DNA of 64,000 nt from Bdellovibrionota bacterium (GCA_044345405.1 JBIJBE010000016.1:11040-75039), one strand, 5' to 3'. Counted from the first letter of the stretch, positions 36,530-46,666 are shown. The notes: generated by a model from the sequence alone, not told the origin. Program-made: numbers and translations.

Positions 36530-37565
36530 TCAGAGGCCCCGTTCCACTCGTTTAAGCTGGAGGGAGTTAGCCACGCGTGGAGCGACATCGACCGGTGTCG
36601 CGCTATGCGTGGTTATTTTTTTTGCGAGTGGTTGCAAAGGAAGGCCGGAAGTTCGAGTGGCGCCCGTCACCAAATCGCATGTCGAGGCTACGGTATCGAG
36701 TGTGAATTCCGGAACCGTTCGCGCGGAAGGCAACACCGAGCTCGCGTTCGGCACCGTTGGTCGGGTCAAGGAGGTCAACGTCACGCTCGGTGATTCCGTC
36801 AAGCAGGGAGAGATCTTAGCCAAGGTCGAAAACGACGATCTGAAATCCCGGCTTCAATCAACGCTCGAGGAGTATGAGCGATCGCAACGTTTGAGTAAGA
36901 GTGACGCGATGTCGCAAAGCGGAGTGACCCAAGCTCGGGCAAACTATGACGCCGCTGTTACCGCGTATGAGAAGAGCCTCATCAAAGCGCCGTACGATGG
37001 AATAGTCGCTGAGCTGAACCTCGAGGTTGGAGAGCTCTCTCAGATAACCGCAGTGATTCCGCAAGCGCCCATTCGAATCGTTGATGTGAAGCCCCGCTAC
37101 GTTCGGGCTGAGATAGACGAGGTCGATCTACCTAAGGTGAAGGTTGGTCTGCCCGCTCGAGTAAAGATTCTCGCTATTCGCAAAGAGCCGTTTAAAGCGC
37201 GCGTGCGAAAGGTCATCCCATTTGTCAGCAGTATTCGCGAGCAGGATCGAACCTCTGAGATAGAGCTCGATATCGACAGTGAAGGGCTTCTTCTTCCCGC
37301 TGGAGCATCGGCTGACGTCGAAGTTGTTACGGACACGAAAGATGATGTCCTGACCGTGACATCGAGGGCGCTCCTTGGACGGGGAGATGATCGGTACGTG
37401 TATGTCCTGAGCGGCGCCAAGCTCAAAAAGACCCCAGTAAAGATCGGAATCTATGGGTACACGGTGAGTGAGATAGTCTCAGGGCTTTCTCCATCGGATG
37501 AGGTAGTTCTTCCATCGGATAAGTTCGAACTAGCCGATGGATTGCGAGTAGCTGTGGTTAGGTAG
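36462..37565 (+). CDS. Efflux periplasmic adaptor subunit (MacA-like); start uncertain
   Basis: Anchor/lipobox FFASGC, GRVKEV.V..GD.V..G, IKAPYDGIV, EIDEVD..KVKVG. Confidence 0.88.
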   Translation: MSLKSPKSRITPQLSPQLKNLSSQRPRSTRLSWRELATRGATSTGVALCVVIFFASGCKGRPEVRVAPVTKSHVEATVSSVNSGTVRAEGNTELAFGTVGRVKEVNVTLGDSVKQGEILAKVENDDLKSRLQSTLEEYERSQRLSKSDAMSQSGVTQARANYDAAVTAYEKSLIKAPYDGIVAELNLEVGELSQITAVIPQAPIRIVDVKPRYVRAEIDEVDLPKVKVGLPARVKILAIRKEPFKARVRKVIPFVSSIREQDRTSEIELDIDSEGLLLPAGASADVEVVTDTKDDVLTVTSRALLGRGDDRYVYVLSGAKLKKTPVKIGIYGYTVSEIVSGLSPSDEVVLPSDKFELADGLRVAVVR

Positions 37566-37579
37566 CGGAGGGCGCCACG

Positions 37580-38278
37580 ATGTCCCTCATTACAACCGAG
37601 AAACTGAACAAGATATTCACTCGAGGCGATGAGACAATTCAGGCGATTCGCGATCTCGTCCTTTCGGTAGAGGCTGGGGAGTTCATTTCGATTACCGGGG
37701 CATCGGGAAGTGGTAAGTCAACGCTTCTCTATATCTTGGGGCTCCTCGATAAGCCCACTAGTGGTCGGTACCTGCTTCAAGGTCAACCCGTTGAAAATCT
37801 CTCTGATACAGAGTTAGCCGCCCTGCGAAATAAGTTCATGGGGTTCGTATTTCAGAGCTTCCACCTCTTGCCTCGAGCGAGCGCGTTGCGAAATGTGATG
37901 ATGCCCCTCGTGTACGCGGCAACCTCTGGAGGTGGCATCAGCGAAGCGGAGCAGCGGGAACGAGCCATGACCGCCCTTGATATCGTTGGTCTCAAGGATC
38001 GGATGAACCATCGCCCGAATGAACTCTCTGGTGGTCAGCGACAGCGTGTGGCGATCGCCAGAGCTATCGTTAATAACCCGAAGCTACTCTTCGCCGATGA
38101 GCCAACCGGCAACCTCGACTCAAAGAGCGGTAACGATATCCTGACCCTCTTTGAACGACTGCACGGGCAAGGTGTAACGATCCTTATGGTGACCCACGAT
38201 CAGGCTATCGCGGCGCGCGCTCACAGGCAGTTGGTGCTGAGGGATGGCGCCTTAGTGGAGGATCGTCGTGGGACTTAA
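37580..38278 (+). CDS. ABC transporter ATP-binding protein (MacB/LolD family)
   Basis: GASGSGKS, GFVFQSFHL, LSGGQRQRVAIARA, ADEPTGNLD, VTHD. Confidence 0.95.
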   Translation: MSLITTEKLNKIFTRGDETIQAIRDLVLSVEAGEFISITGASGSGKSTLLYILGLLDKPTSGRYLLQGQPVENLSDTELAALRNKFMGFVFQSFHLLPRASALRNVMMPLVYAATSGGGISEAEQRERAMTALDIVGLKDRMNHRPNELSGGQRQRVAIARAIVNNPKLLFADEPTGNLDSKSGNDILTLFERLHGQGVTILMVTHDQAIAARAHRQLVLRDGALVEDRRGT

Positions 38279-39476
38279 AGAGGTCATTCGGCTCGCGGTT
38301 GAATCACTCCTCGCGCAGAAGTTGCGAACAGCCCTGACTATCCTCGGAATGGTGATCGGTGTCGGAGCGATCGTCTTGCTCGTGTCCCTTGGTCAGGGAG
38401 CGAAAAATTATGTGACGAGTGAATTCGAGGGGCTTGGAACGAACCTGATCGTCATTCAGCCCGGTAAGTCTGACAAGAAGGGGCACATGGGCCCCCCTGT
38501 GGGTGCCGCTCAGCGCAAGATGACAACAGCGGATGTCATGGCGATTGAGAAGCGTGCGTTGAACGTGGAAGCCGTTTCAGGACTCGTACTCGGAACGGTG
38601 TCGGTTCGTTTTGAGGACGCGCTCAGTAATATCACCGTTTTCGGTACTAACGAGCAATTTCCTCACATCCTCTCGGTACCGATCGGCCGTGGGCAGTACT
38701 TTACCAGAGAGGAGGACGAGTATGGCCGGCGGGTCGTGGTACTCGGACGCAACGTCGTGAATGAGCTTTTTGGCGAGGCGGATCCGATCGGACAAACGGT
38801 GAAGCTCAATGAGAGTGAGTATCGGGTTATCGGGGTGCTCCAGCCGATGGGAAATAAGCTCGGTTTGGACTTCGACGAGCTTGGGTTTATTCCGACGGAG
38901 GCGGCGCTCAAGCTCTTTAATGACGACAAGTTGTTTGGCATTCGAGCAAAGGCCTCCTCTCGTGTGGGTGTTGATGACGCGGTCGCTGAGATCTCTGAGA
39001 TCTTAAAGGAACGCCGAGATGGAGAGGAGGACTTTACGGTACTCACCCAGGTCTCGATGATGGAGAGTATGAACACCATCCTCAACATGTTGACCTACGT
39101 TCTGGCCGCCATAGCCGCTATCTCAATGCTCGTAGGTGGTATCGGTATCATGAACATCATGTGGGTGACGGTCGTGGAGAGAACGCAAGAGATCGGTATT
39201 CGTCGAGCCGTGGGTGCTCGGCGGATCGATATCTTAAAGCAACTCTTGGCTGAGGCTGTCGCGCTCTCTGTTTTGGGAGGCGCCGTTGGTGTGGGAGGCG
39301 CCGTAGTTATCACCCTCGGACTCTTCTTCGCGTTCCCATCCTTCGACATGCGGGCCCCGATTTGGATCATCATTCCCGCCTTCTTAGTCGCGTTTGTTGT
39401 AGGGGTTGTGTTCGGTGTCGTGCCAGCGTGGAGAGCGTCTCGGATTGAGATCCTCGACGCGCTTCGGTACGAGTAG
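38268..39476 (+). CDS. ABC transporter permease (MacB/FtsX family)
   Basis: RTALTILGMVIGV, VGGIGIMNIM..TV.ERT.EIGIRRAVGA, PAWRASR....ALRYE. Confidence 0.94.
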   Translation: MGLKEVIRLAVESLLAQKLRTALTILGMVIGVGAIVLLVSLGQGAKNYVTSEFEGLGTNLIVIQPGKSDKKGHMGPPVGAAQRKMTTADVMAIEKRALNVEAVSGLVLGTVSVRFEDALSNITVFGTNEQFPHILSVPIGRGQYFTREEDEYGRRVVVLGRNVVNELFGEADPIGQTVKLNESEYRVIGVLQPMGNKLGLDFDELGFIPTEAALKLFNDDKLFGIRAKASSRVGVDDAVAEISEILKERRDGEEDFTVLTQVSMMESMNTILNMLTYVLAAIAAISMLVGGIGIMNIMWVTVVERTQEIGIRRAVGARRIDILKQLLAEAVALSVLGGAVGVGGAVVITLGLFFAFPSFDMRAPIWIIIPAFLVAFVVGVVFGVVPAWRASRIEILDALRYE

Positions 39477-39575
39477 AGTTTGCTTAACTTGATTTGCGCG
39501 CTGTTCCGGCGCACCTACCTTTTCGAGCGGTGCGAGTAGGGTGCGGTAAAAGAGTACGGTTCCACGAGGGCATAT

Positions 39576-39899
39576 ATGAATGAGGCTCTCTCTACAAACG
39601 CGCGCTATGTGACGGTAACGGTCGTAGGAACCCTGGTGGTTAGTTTCAGTGGTTGTAGTCCTTCGTATTCGATCGTGGCGAATCCCACCGAGCCTTGGGA
39701 GGATGAAATAGCTCGGGAGCGACAAGCTGTCCGTGAATCGGAATCGAGCTCCTCGCAAGCTGCGGTTGGTAGACAGAGGTACGACACTGACGGGAATGTT
39801 GAAAAAAAACCTGAACACAGCGCTGTTGTGGTAGCACTTACCGATATTATCGCCTTTCCATTCCGAGGGGCCGGATGGCTGGCGCAGCAGATATTTTGA
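39576..39899 (+). CDS. Small hypothetical lipoprotein
   Basis: Lipobox SFSG-C; C-terminal amphipathic DIIAFPFRGAGW. Confidence 0.6.
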   Translation: MNEALSTNARYVTVTVVGTLVVSFSGCSPSYSIVANPTEPWEDEIARERQAVRESESSSSQAAVGRQRYDTDGNVEKKPEHSAVVVALTDIIAFPFRGAGWLAQQIF

Positions 39900-40001
39900 G
39901 GCCCGTAGCGAGATGACGCACTCTACTACTTGAAGAGTGAAGGTACCGCGGAGAAGAGAAACCTGACAAAGAGAAAAGAGGGGAGTCCGTTCCCACTCTT
40001 T

Positions 40002-40637
40002 CTATCTTTTTCCACGCCACTGCTGCACAAGCAATCGCGCGTCAACTGAGATCCCGTAGGTGGCGAGGTACGACAAGAATATGTCGATCTCAGCACCCGT
40101 CGCGTGTTCATTTGGAAGATACTTACTGGTCTTCCAAAGGAGCCACGCGGCAAACGGATCCTTGGCAACTTTCCAGGCGTCTCGCTTGGTGGTGCCAAAG
40201 AGCACAATTCCCTCAGCGACCGGGGTCGTGAAGGTCCTAATCTCCTCACAGAAGAACTTCAATCGTTCTGAGTCTGTGATGAGGTACGAGACCTCAATAA
40301 ACCGTCGGTCGTCCGGATACGGAATGGTGAACATTCCGGCCCGAGGAAGGGTGATGAAGGCTTCCCGTGGATAGACGTGCCATCCAGGGGAGTATACCTT
40401 CTCCGTTCCTACGCCGATCTGACCGCCCGGCACCCACCGACCCATGGTCAGCGCGCCGAGTACGGTCAAAGCTAAGACAACGCATGTCGCCCACCTCAGA
40501 GATCGCTTCCACAAGGAGCGATCTACGTTGTGGTACGCCGCCCTACCCGCTACGAACGCGATGTAGATGGCGGCTGCGACAATCGCGGCAAACACGTACG
40601 TGTTCACCGCCGGAATATAAGACAGAGTTGAAAACAT
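40002..40637 (-). CDS. Hypothetical membrane protein with an SPFH-like N-terminal motif
   Basis: Two TMs then VPGGQIGV....YSPGWHVYP; AAGGAGG RBS 6 nt before ATG 40637. Confidence 0.6.
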   Translation of the reverse strand: MFSTLSYIPAVNTYVFAAIVAAAIYIAFVAGRAAYHNVDRSLWKRSLRWATCVVLALTVLGALTMGRWVPGGQIGVGTEKVYSPGWHVYPREAFITLPRAGMFTIPYPDDRRFIEVSYLITDSERLKFFCEEIRTFTTPVAEGIVLFGTTKRDAWKVAKDPFAAWLLWKTSKYLPNEHATGAEIDIFLSYLATYGISVDARLLVQQWRGKR

Positions 40638-40644
40638 GAAAAAC

Positions 40645-40714
40645 CTCCTTTCTCTGCGGTACCTCCGCGACACCACCTCGTAAGAAGGTGTCGCCGGAGC
40701 ACAGGAGAGAGGAG
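40645..40714 (-). promoter_or_regulatory. Long 5'-UTR hairpin pairing with the Shine-Dalgarno sequence
   Basis: On -: CTCCT-CTCTC-C-TGTG-CTCCG-G-CGACACC...GGTGTCG-CGGAG-GTAC-CGCA-GAGAA-AGGAG. Confidence 0.55.
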
Positions 40715-40901
40715 CTGAAAGCTTATGGAGCCTCGCATAGGGGAAGCGCCTAAGGAATAGCGGTCCATGTGCGCTTGGTGAGCGGTATTAGTTGGTATTA
40801 GTGAGCTTCTTAGGCTACGAATAACTCGTATGCTGTTGAATTGAATCGAGAATGTGCCTTTCAATCGGATGCAGAGTGTGCCCCTCTCCGGATAGGGGGA
40901 C

Positions 40902-42368
40902 ATGAAGTTCGTGAAGGCTTTATTGGTTGCTCTAGTTCTCTCGCATGGCGCCTATGCCGAGGGATTTTCGCCTTTCAGAACTACGACCACAAAAAAAGTT
41001 TCCAAACGCGCTCGAACGCATACCACATCCGTGGCGCGTGGCTATACCGCCGGTCTCATTCCAACCATCACATTCACGACGCGCTTGCACACCGAAGGAA
41101 ACGTTCGGGTGTCACTTAACGTTCAAAAAGCGGTCAACTGGAGCGCCACTATCTCAAAAGATGGATATCAGCACATCGATTCGCCTCGCCTCGAGCTCTA
41201 TCAAGGCGAGGTTTATATTCGCGGTGTTCGGTATCCAGCGGCCGCCTCGGTCGTTGGGAAGAATATCGTCCTCTCCTTTCCGGGGCGCCAACGTGGGAGC
41301 AGGTCTTCTCGACAACGAATCTTTACTCTTACGACTCCTGTTGTAGCGGAGGGAACATCGTCCGTCAGAGTCGCCAGCTCTCCGTCGTCCGTATTTCACA
41401 ATAAGACGTGTGGTCACGATCATTCAAATAGCGACGCTCCGGCGCACGCCATGACGATTGAGCCTTTAAACGGAGGTCTACCTCAAACCAAGATGTACCA
41501 TGTGCTTACCTTGAGCACCGTCGCGGACCCAGCGTTGTACGCCAAATACGGAGACGCCACCAATTCTCACGTAGCTGGTATCGTGAACGCCGCTGAGGCG
41601 CTCTTTGAGCGCCAACTTGGAATTCGATTTCAGATAGTAAAGCAACATGTCTACGCCGATATCGGGGCGCTCTCTATTCCCGAAACTGATCCGGCGCGTT
41701 TCCTGAAGGCTTTCGCTTCGAGCACGGAGAACGCCGCAGTCATGGGGCGGAATGTGTCTTCGTTCGACGATGATGTTGATCTCAAGCACCTCTTCACGGG
41801 CAAAGACTTAGACGGTACCACGATTGGGATCGCCTATGTTGGAGCGGTGTGTTACCAGCCGAAGTTCGCCTATAGTTTGACGCAGGTCACTGCAGGTGGG
41901 GGAGCTCCGTACTACTTCGCGCATGAGATAGGACACAATCTCGGCGCGCGTCACGATATGGTTGGATTCGGCGCCATGAGTGTGATGTCCCCTAATATCT
42001 TAGTGGGTTCCTCTTTCTCTCAGAACAGCCTCACGCAGATTAATGAGCACCTCTTTCATTTTGGAAGTTGTCTTGAGCTCAAAGCGATGGCACCGAGCCT
42101 GACGAACTCCAGCATCTCCTTGAGCGCGACCGGAAATCGCGCCGCGGTTAAATTCTCAGGTAAGCTCATTTCACGAAACGGAGAGTCTATCGTTGGGGCG
42201 CCAGTCAAGTTGAGCATCGGAAAAAAGGTCGCCTCTCTTACCACTAACTCGACCGGTCGATTCTTCTACGTCACGTCGAGACGCAAGCTCCGAAGGTCGA
42301 CCGTTGTGGTAGCCGCCACCGCCGGACGCGAGGCGGTTTCGAGGAGTCTCAGGATTTCAAACCTCTAG
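40902..42368 (+). CDS. Secreted M12B/reprolysin-like zinc metalloprotease
   Basis: Signal peptide; cysteine-switch-like TCGHDH; HLFTG, GIAYVGAVC, HEIGHNLGARHD, Met-turn SVMSP. Confidence 0.9.
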   Translation: MKFVKALLVALVLSHGAYAEGFSPFRTTTTKKVSKRARTHTTSVARGYTAGLIPTITFTTRLHTEGNVRVSLNVQKAVNWSATISKDGYQHIDSPRLELYQGEVYIRGVRYPAAASVVGKNIVLSFPGRQRGSRSSRQRIFTLTTPVVAEGTSSVRVASSPSSVFHNKTCGHDHSNSDAPAHAMTIEPLNGGLPQTKMYHVLTLSTVADPALYAKYGDATNSHVAGIVNAAEALFERQLGIRFQIVKQHVYADIGALSIPETDPARFLKAFASSTENAAVMGRNVSSFDDDVDLKHLFTGKDLDGTTIGIAYVGAVCYQPKFAYSLTQVTAGGGAPYYFAHEIGHNLGARHDMVGFGAMSVMSPNILVGSSFSQNSLTQINEHLFHFGSCLELKAMAPSLTNSSISLSATGNRAAVKFSGKLISRNGESIVGAPVKLSIGKKVASLTTNSTGRFFYVTSRRKLRRSTVVVAATAGREAVSRSLRISNL

Positions 42369-42641
42369 GTGCTCGCGCACGATCGGACACGTTACTGCGA
42401 TAGTTTGTCGGACAGGCTTGCCTGATAAGTCTTAGAAGTGTCAATCAATAATGGGAGTTGCGGGCAAAAGATGCCGCTCCATTTCTAGTCGGCGTCAGAC
42501 CCTCAAGTTCTTGTAAGTATGAGTCGACATTGACCTTGCAAGTGGTTTAGCCAGGATTACACGAGTTTCTCGCACATACGGGTTTAGCGTATGGCTATAC
42601 TCGTCTTATCCCCCAAAAACGAACTCTTAGGTATAGGACCT

Positions 42642-44708
42642 ATGAACGGACACACTCTACGCCAAGCCTTACGTGCGCTGATCGTTGTTTTGTATGCGGG
42701 GATGTCATCGCTTCCGGCGGTCGCCCAGAGCTCTCCTGAGGGTTTTGCAGGGGGGAGTAGGACGAGTACGACAACATCGTGCGACTCGTGCTGCTCGATA
42801 TCAAATTTTAATTGCTCAAATTCCGCTGTCAAAATCTACATTAACGATAACCTTGATAGCTGCTTGGTCTGTACCGATAAACTTGAAGCGCGGGCGCGTG
42901 GTTGTGGCATGATTCCATCGGATGAATGTCCGGTGTGCCCGACCCCAGCTACCTGTCCAGCATGTCCCAACCCTGGGACCCCGGGCACATGTCCAACGCC
43001 CGTTGTATGCGCAAGTGGTACCCAACCAGCGTGTCCTACCCCTGTGGTGTGTACGAATTCCTGCCCGATCAAAGGGTGCCCTCCTGGTGAGTCTTTATGG
43101 AATCCCGATTCGCCGGCGTGTGAGTGTGTGAAGGACCCCTGCACGAAGATCGGTGATCTCACGAAGATTGCCATACATCGGTATCACCCCAATTCCGAGC
43201 CCAACAGCGATTTCATGGCTTCCTTTGCGGACGGCCAAGGAAAAGAGCTTCTCAACTCGACGTCTCTCAACGAAGCTTCTCCTTGTATGGAGAGCGCTCG
43301 AAGCACATGCTCCGCTAATCTCGTCGGCTCTCAGTTTGGGTTTTATTCGTATCGTCTTCCAGACAGGCGCCAAATCGGCATCTCCGCGGCTGATGGCATT
43401 GAGTACACGAAAGCCTACAACGAATACGTAGCCAAGGCGAGAGCGGCTGGTAATGACCCGGCTTCACCGGCCGAATTTGCGGCTGGTTTCCGCAGTGCCA
43501 TTAAGTACATGGACACCTGCATCAAGTCCTCTTTGCAGATCCGGTACGGTGTCGGAGCGCTTACGGCGCAAGCGAGGACCGTAATTAATGGCGTGTGGGG
43601 TGAACATCTTCAAGGAACTGCACTTCTCTACAAAGATTGTCGTCCTGTTGAGCCATGGAAGCAGCAGCTGCTGAGTGAAGCTAAGTGTTCCGTCGCGATA
43701 TCAGCGAGCTTCAACGAGTTCACGACCCCTGTTTCTCTCCTATGGTCGTCTGATGTGAAGATTCGAGAGGTCGCGTCTCGCTCCAAGTTCCCGCTTAATC
43801 CGAAGGACGCGGGCAAGTGGTTCGTGTGGCGGGGGTCAGGGCTTACCCCTCTCGTCGTATGGGATCCGGATAAGAGCGGTATGATTCTGGGCGCCGCACA
43901 GCTCTTTGGCACACACACGTGGGGGAAGGAGTGGAAGCACGGCTATGAGCCTCTTACTACCCTGGATAAAAACGCTAACGGGTGGCTTGAGGGAGATGAG
44001 CTTAAAGATCTCTCGCTCTGGTTCGACTTCAATCAGGACGGTATCTCAGATAGAGGCGAGGTTAAGCAACTTTCCGATGTCGGTGTCACAGCGCTCGGTG
44101 TGAAGGTCACCGCCACCGATAAGAAGAGCGGAGAGGTTCACGCCGCGCAAGGTTTCCGTCGTACCGTAAACGGAACTGTCGTCGAAGGAGCCTCAGTTGA
44201 CTGGTTCAGCGGTACCGAAGATGGTCGTTTCGGTATGGAAGCGTTGGAAGAAAGCCCTGTCGAGATGGCTAAAAATATCGACCAAGCGACCATGTCCACG
44301 GCGTTTGATCCGCTCGACGCGGTAAGCGGGCTGTGGGATTGGCGAGTTGTTGATCAGGCGTCCGGGGAGCTTCCCGAAAACATGCCGCACGGCACGTTGG
44401 TCCTCTATTCGACCAACAAAAAGATCGAGGGCACTGTGTACGTGATGGACCAGTTCGCCCCTAATCGAAGTGGAATAGGCGAGCGTGTCTCGTATCAGTC
44501 TATCTCTGGCGCAGCTGAAGCCGGAGCCAAAGGACAGCCTCGCGTAACCTTCTCCTCTCAGAATCAAGCTGGCGGCTCAGTAGAGAGCGTCGCCCAGCTT
44601 TCAGAGGATGGTATGTACCTGGCCGGCATTACCACTGAACAGCAGGAGCGCGGGAAAGCTCCTGTGAAGTACGCGTGGGTCGCTCGGCGCGCTCCGATCG
44701 GAAAGTAG
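42642..44708 (+). CDS. Secreted protein with a Cys/Pro-rich repeat region and an EF-hand-like Ca-binding domain
   Basis: Signal peptide; CPxP repeats; QLFG...GY..L..LDKNANGWLEGDEL..L.LWFDFNQDGISDRGEV..L...GV. Confidence 0.75.
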   Translation: MNGHTLRQALRALIVVLYAGMSSLPAVAQSSPEGFAGGSRTSTTTSCDSCCSISNFNCSNSAVKIYINDNLDSCLVCTDKLEARARGCGMIPSDECPVCPTPATCPACPNPGTPGTCPTPVVCASGTQPACPTPVVCTNSCPIKGCPPGESLWNPDSPACECVKDPCTKIGDLTKIAIHRYHPNSEPNSDFMASFADGQGKELLNSTSLNEASPCMESARSTCSANLVGSQFGFYSYRLPDRRQIGISAADGIEYTKAYNEYVAKARAAGNDPASPAEFAAGFRSAIKYMDTCIKSSLQIRYGVGALTAQARTVINGVWGEHLQGTALLYKDCRPVEPWKQQLLSEAKCSVAISASFNEFTTPVSLLWSSDVKIREVASRSKFPLNPKDAGKWFVWRGSGLTPLVVWDPDKSGMILGAAQLFGTHTWGKEWKHGYEPLTTLDKNANGWLEGDELKDLSLWFDFNQDGISDRGEVKQLSDVGVTALGVKVTATDKKSGEVHAAQGFRRTVNGTVVEGASVDWFSGTEDGRFGMEALEESPVEMAKNIDQATMSTAFDPLDAVSGLWDWRVVDQASGELPENMPHGTLVLYSTNKKIEGTVYVMDQFAPNRSGIGERVSYQSISGAAEAGAKGQPRVTFSSQNQAGGSVESVAQLSEDGMYLAGITTEQQERGKAPVKYAWVARRAPIGK

Positions 44709-44729
44709 CGCTTGCGTCCGCGGGTGAAG

Positions 44730-44755
44730 GAGAGGCATCCTCAGTAATGCCTCTC
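44730..44755 (+). terminator. Possible terminator hairpin
   Basis: GAGAGGCAT-8 nt-ATGCCTCTC just after the stop at 44708; no clear U-tract. Confidence 0.35.
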
Positions 44756-44784
44756 TATCGTTCGTAGATGTTACAGGGTTACTC

Positions 44785-45930
44785 GTGATGACATCCCGTT
44801 CCGCCGCTCTCCATCACCTTTCGAATTTTTTAGAGCGAGTACCTCACTATGCCTCTCAACGGAACTTCGATAGACCGGGCCACGCCGAGGTTTCCTGCCT
44901 ATCCAAATGGATTCGCTATCGGGTTATCACTGAAGAGGAGTGCGTCGCCGCCGTGTTCGCGCGCCATCCGTTTGAGGTAGCTGAGAAGTTCGTACAGGAG
45001 GTCCTGTGGCGTACCTATTGGAAAGGGTGGCTCGAGCTTCGTCCTCAGGTATGGAGATCCTTTCGCGCTGGTGTAGAGCGTTTCAACGACGAGGGGTTTC
45101 CTGAGGGATATCTCCAGGCGATTGAGGGGAGAACCGGACTTTCATTCTTTGATGAGTGGGTCCAAGAGCTCCGCCTTACTGGCTATCTTCACAACCATAC
45201 CAGGATGTGGTTCGCGAGTGTGTGGATCTTTACGCTGCGGTTGCCATGGCAACTTGGGGCGGATTTTATGTATCGCCATCTCCTTGATGGAGATCCCGCC
45301 TCGAACACCTTGTCGTGGCGGTGGGTCGGGGGGCTCCAAACCCCGGGTAAGATCTACGTCGCGAGACCTGATAACATCGAGAAGTATTCAGAAGGCCGAT
45401 GGCGTCCCAAGGAGTCCGAGCTCAATCTGAATCCCACCCCCCTGCGTATGGATGACATCGGAGCCATCGTACCCCTGGAGCCTCTCTCTGCCGACCTGCC
45501 CCGCCCGGGAGACTCTGTGCTTGTCCATGACGACGATCTGTCAGTGGATCTGTCCCAGGAGTTTTCATCAACTGGGCTTGCTTTTCTGATGTGGACACCG
45601 ATTTGTGGCGAGGGTTCCCCTTTGGTTCTCAGCCATCAAGAGGGTCTGCGGCGTGATGCGGTCGAAAGGATGGGAGCAGCGTATGTGAATGACGCCGAAG
45701 CGATTATTCAGGAAATGAAGCGAGGTCCTTCGAGGCGATTGCATGTGATGCTTCCCCCATGCGGTGAAGTTCGTTCGGATTTCGACCGTCTCGCTGAGGT
45801 TTTGTCATCTCACGGTGTTGAGGTGCTGCTCCACCGTCGAAGATGGGACTCGCTCTACTTCCCGTTTGCCAAATCCGGCTTCTTCCCCTTTTGGTCAGCC
45901 GTTAAGCGGCGTCTTGAGCGCGAGTCGTAA
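44785..45930 (+). CDS. Short photolyase with N-terminal FAD-binding domain (NewPHL-like)
   Basis: Y...RNFD, KFVQEV.WRTYWKGWLE.RP, GYLHNHTRMWFAS.W, LLDGDPASN.LSWRWV.GL, C-terminal RRWD....P.A..GFFPF; 381 aa. Confidence 0.85.
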   Translation: MMTSRSAALHHLSNFLERVPHYASQRNFDRPGHAEVSCLSKWIRYRVITEEECVAAVFARHPFEVAEKFVQEVLWRTYWKGWLELRPQVWRSFRAGVERFNDEGFPEGYLQAIEGRTGLSFFDEWVQELRLTGYLHNHTRMWFASVWIFTLRLPWQLGADFMYRHLLDGDPASNTLSWRWVGGLQTPGKIYVARPDNIEKYSEGRWRPKESELNLNPTPLRMDDIGAIVPLEPLSADLPRPGDSVLVHDDDLSVDLSQEFSSTGLAFLMWTPICGEGSPLVLSHQEGLRRDAVERMGAAYVNDAEAIIQEMKRGPSRRLHVMLPPCGEVRSDFDRLAEVLSSHGVEVLLHRRRWDSLYFPFAKSGFFPFWSAVKRRLERES

Positions 45931-46666
45931 GTGCTCGCCAGCACGACCGTGGAGTCGGAAAAAATGGAAGCTCTCGCATATGAGTTTCAAATGTGGGCCC
46001 AAACGCTTTGAGGAGGCGTCTCTCTTTCACGCGGGGACCGACCACGCAGTACGTCACAAAGATAGTCGCGACAATGAGGTGGTCGATGTTCCAGACGGGG
46101 CCAGTGGTGGATACAAGTGCCATCGCAAAGTAAACCGGATGGCGACATATCCTGTAGAGCCCATGTTGTGGAAATGAGCTGTAGACAGGCGCCTTGCCGC
46201 GGTACACCGCGGTCCATCCGAGAAATCCCATCTGCGTTCCGAGGCCAGCATTGGTCATCGCGATAGCGAGAAGGATCCAGCTCGCTCCGTAGATGGTCGT
46301 CCATGCCAACATGAGTGGTTGTGGAGGACGCCACTCAAACGAGCCGATGTGAACCCAGAGCGTGAACAGAAGGAGCAGTTGCGTGGAGGCGGCGATAACG
46401 AAGGTGGTTGTCACCAGATGTTTTCCGAGTTCACCTGGAAAGAGGCGACTGAGGAACGCGCGCCCCGAGGGGCGCAGCATGACCGAGTGAAGAAGGGGGA
46501 ATTGGAGGAGTAGGATGAGATCGATTGCGAGAGCGGCGCCCCACGATAGAGAGGGGGAAGAGATGCGCATGGAGCCGAAGAGCGCCGCCCTCATCACGCC
46601 GACCGCGCCGGCGAAGGAGAGGTGGCAGAGAATGCCAAGAGAGAGCGCGAGAAGTCGTATCTTCAT
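45902..46666 (-). CDS. MddA/nurim-like integral membrane methyltransferase (ICMT superfamily)
   Basis: Multiple TMs; LHSVMLR, GLYRICRHPVY, E.RL...FG. Confidence 0.68.
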   Translation of the reverse strand: MKIRLLALSLGILCHLSFAGAVGVMRAALFGSMRISSPSLSWGAALAIDLILLLQFPLLHSVMLRPSGRAFLSRLFPGELGKHLVTTTFVIAASTQLLLLFTLWVHIGSFEWRPPQPLMLAWTTIYGASWILLAIAMTNAGLGTQMGFLGWTAVYRGKAPVYSSFPQHGLYRICRHPVYFAMALVSTTGPVWNIDHLIVATIFVTYCVVGPRVKERRLLKAFGPTFETHMRELPFFPTPRSCWRALTTRAQDAA

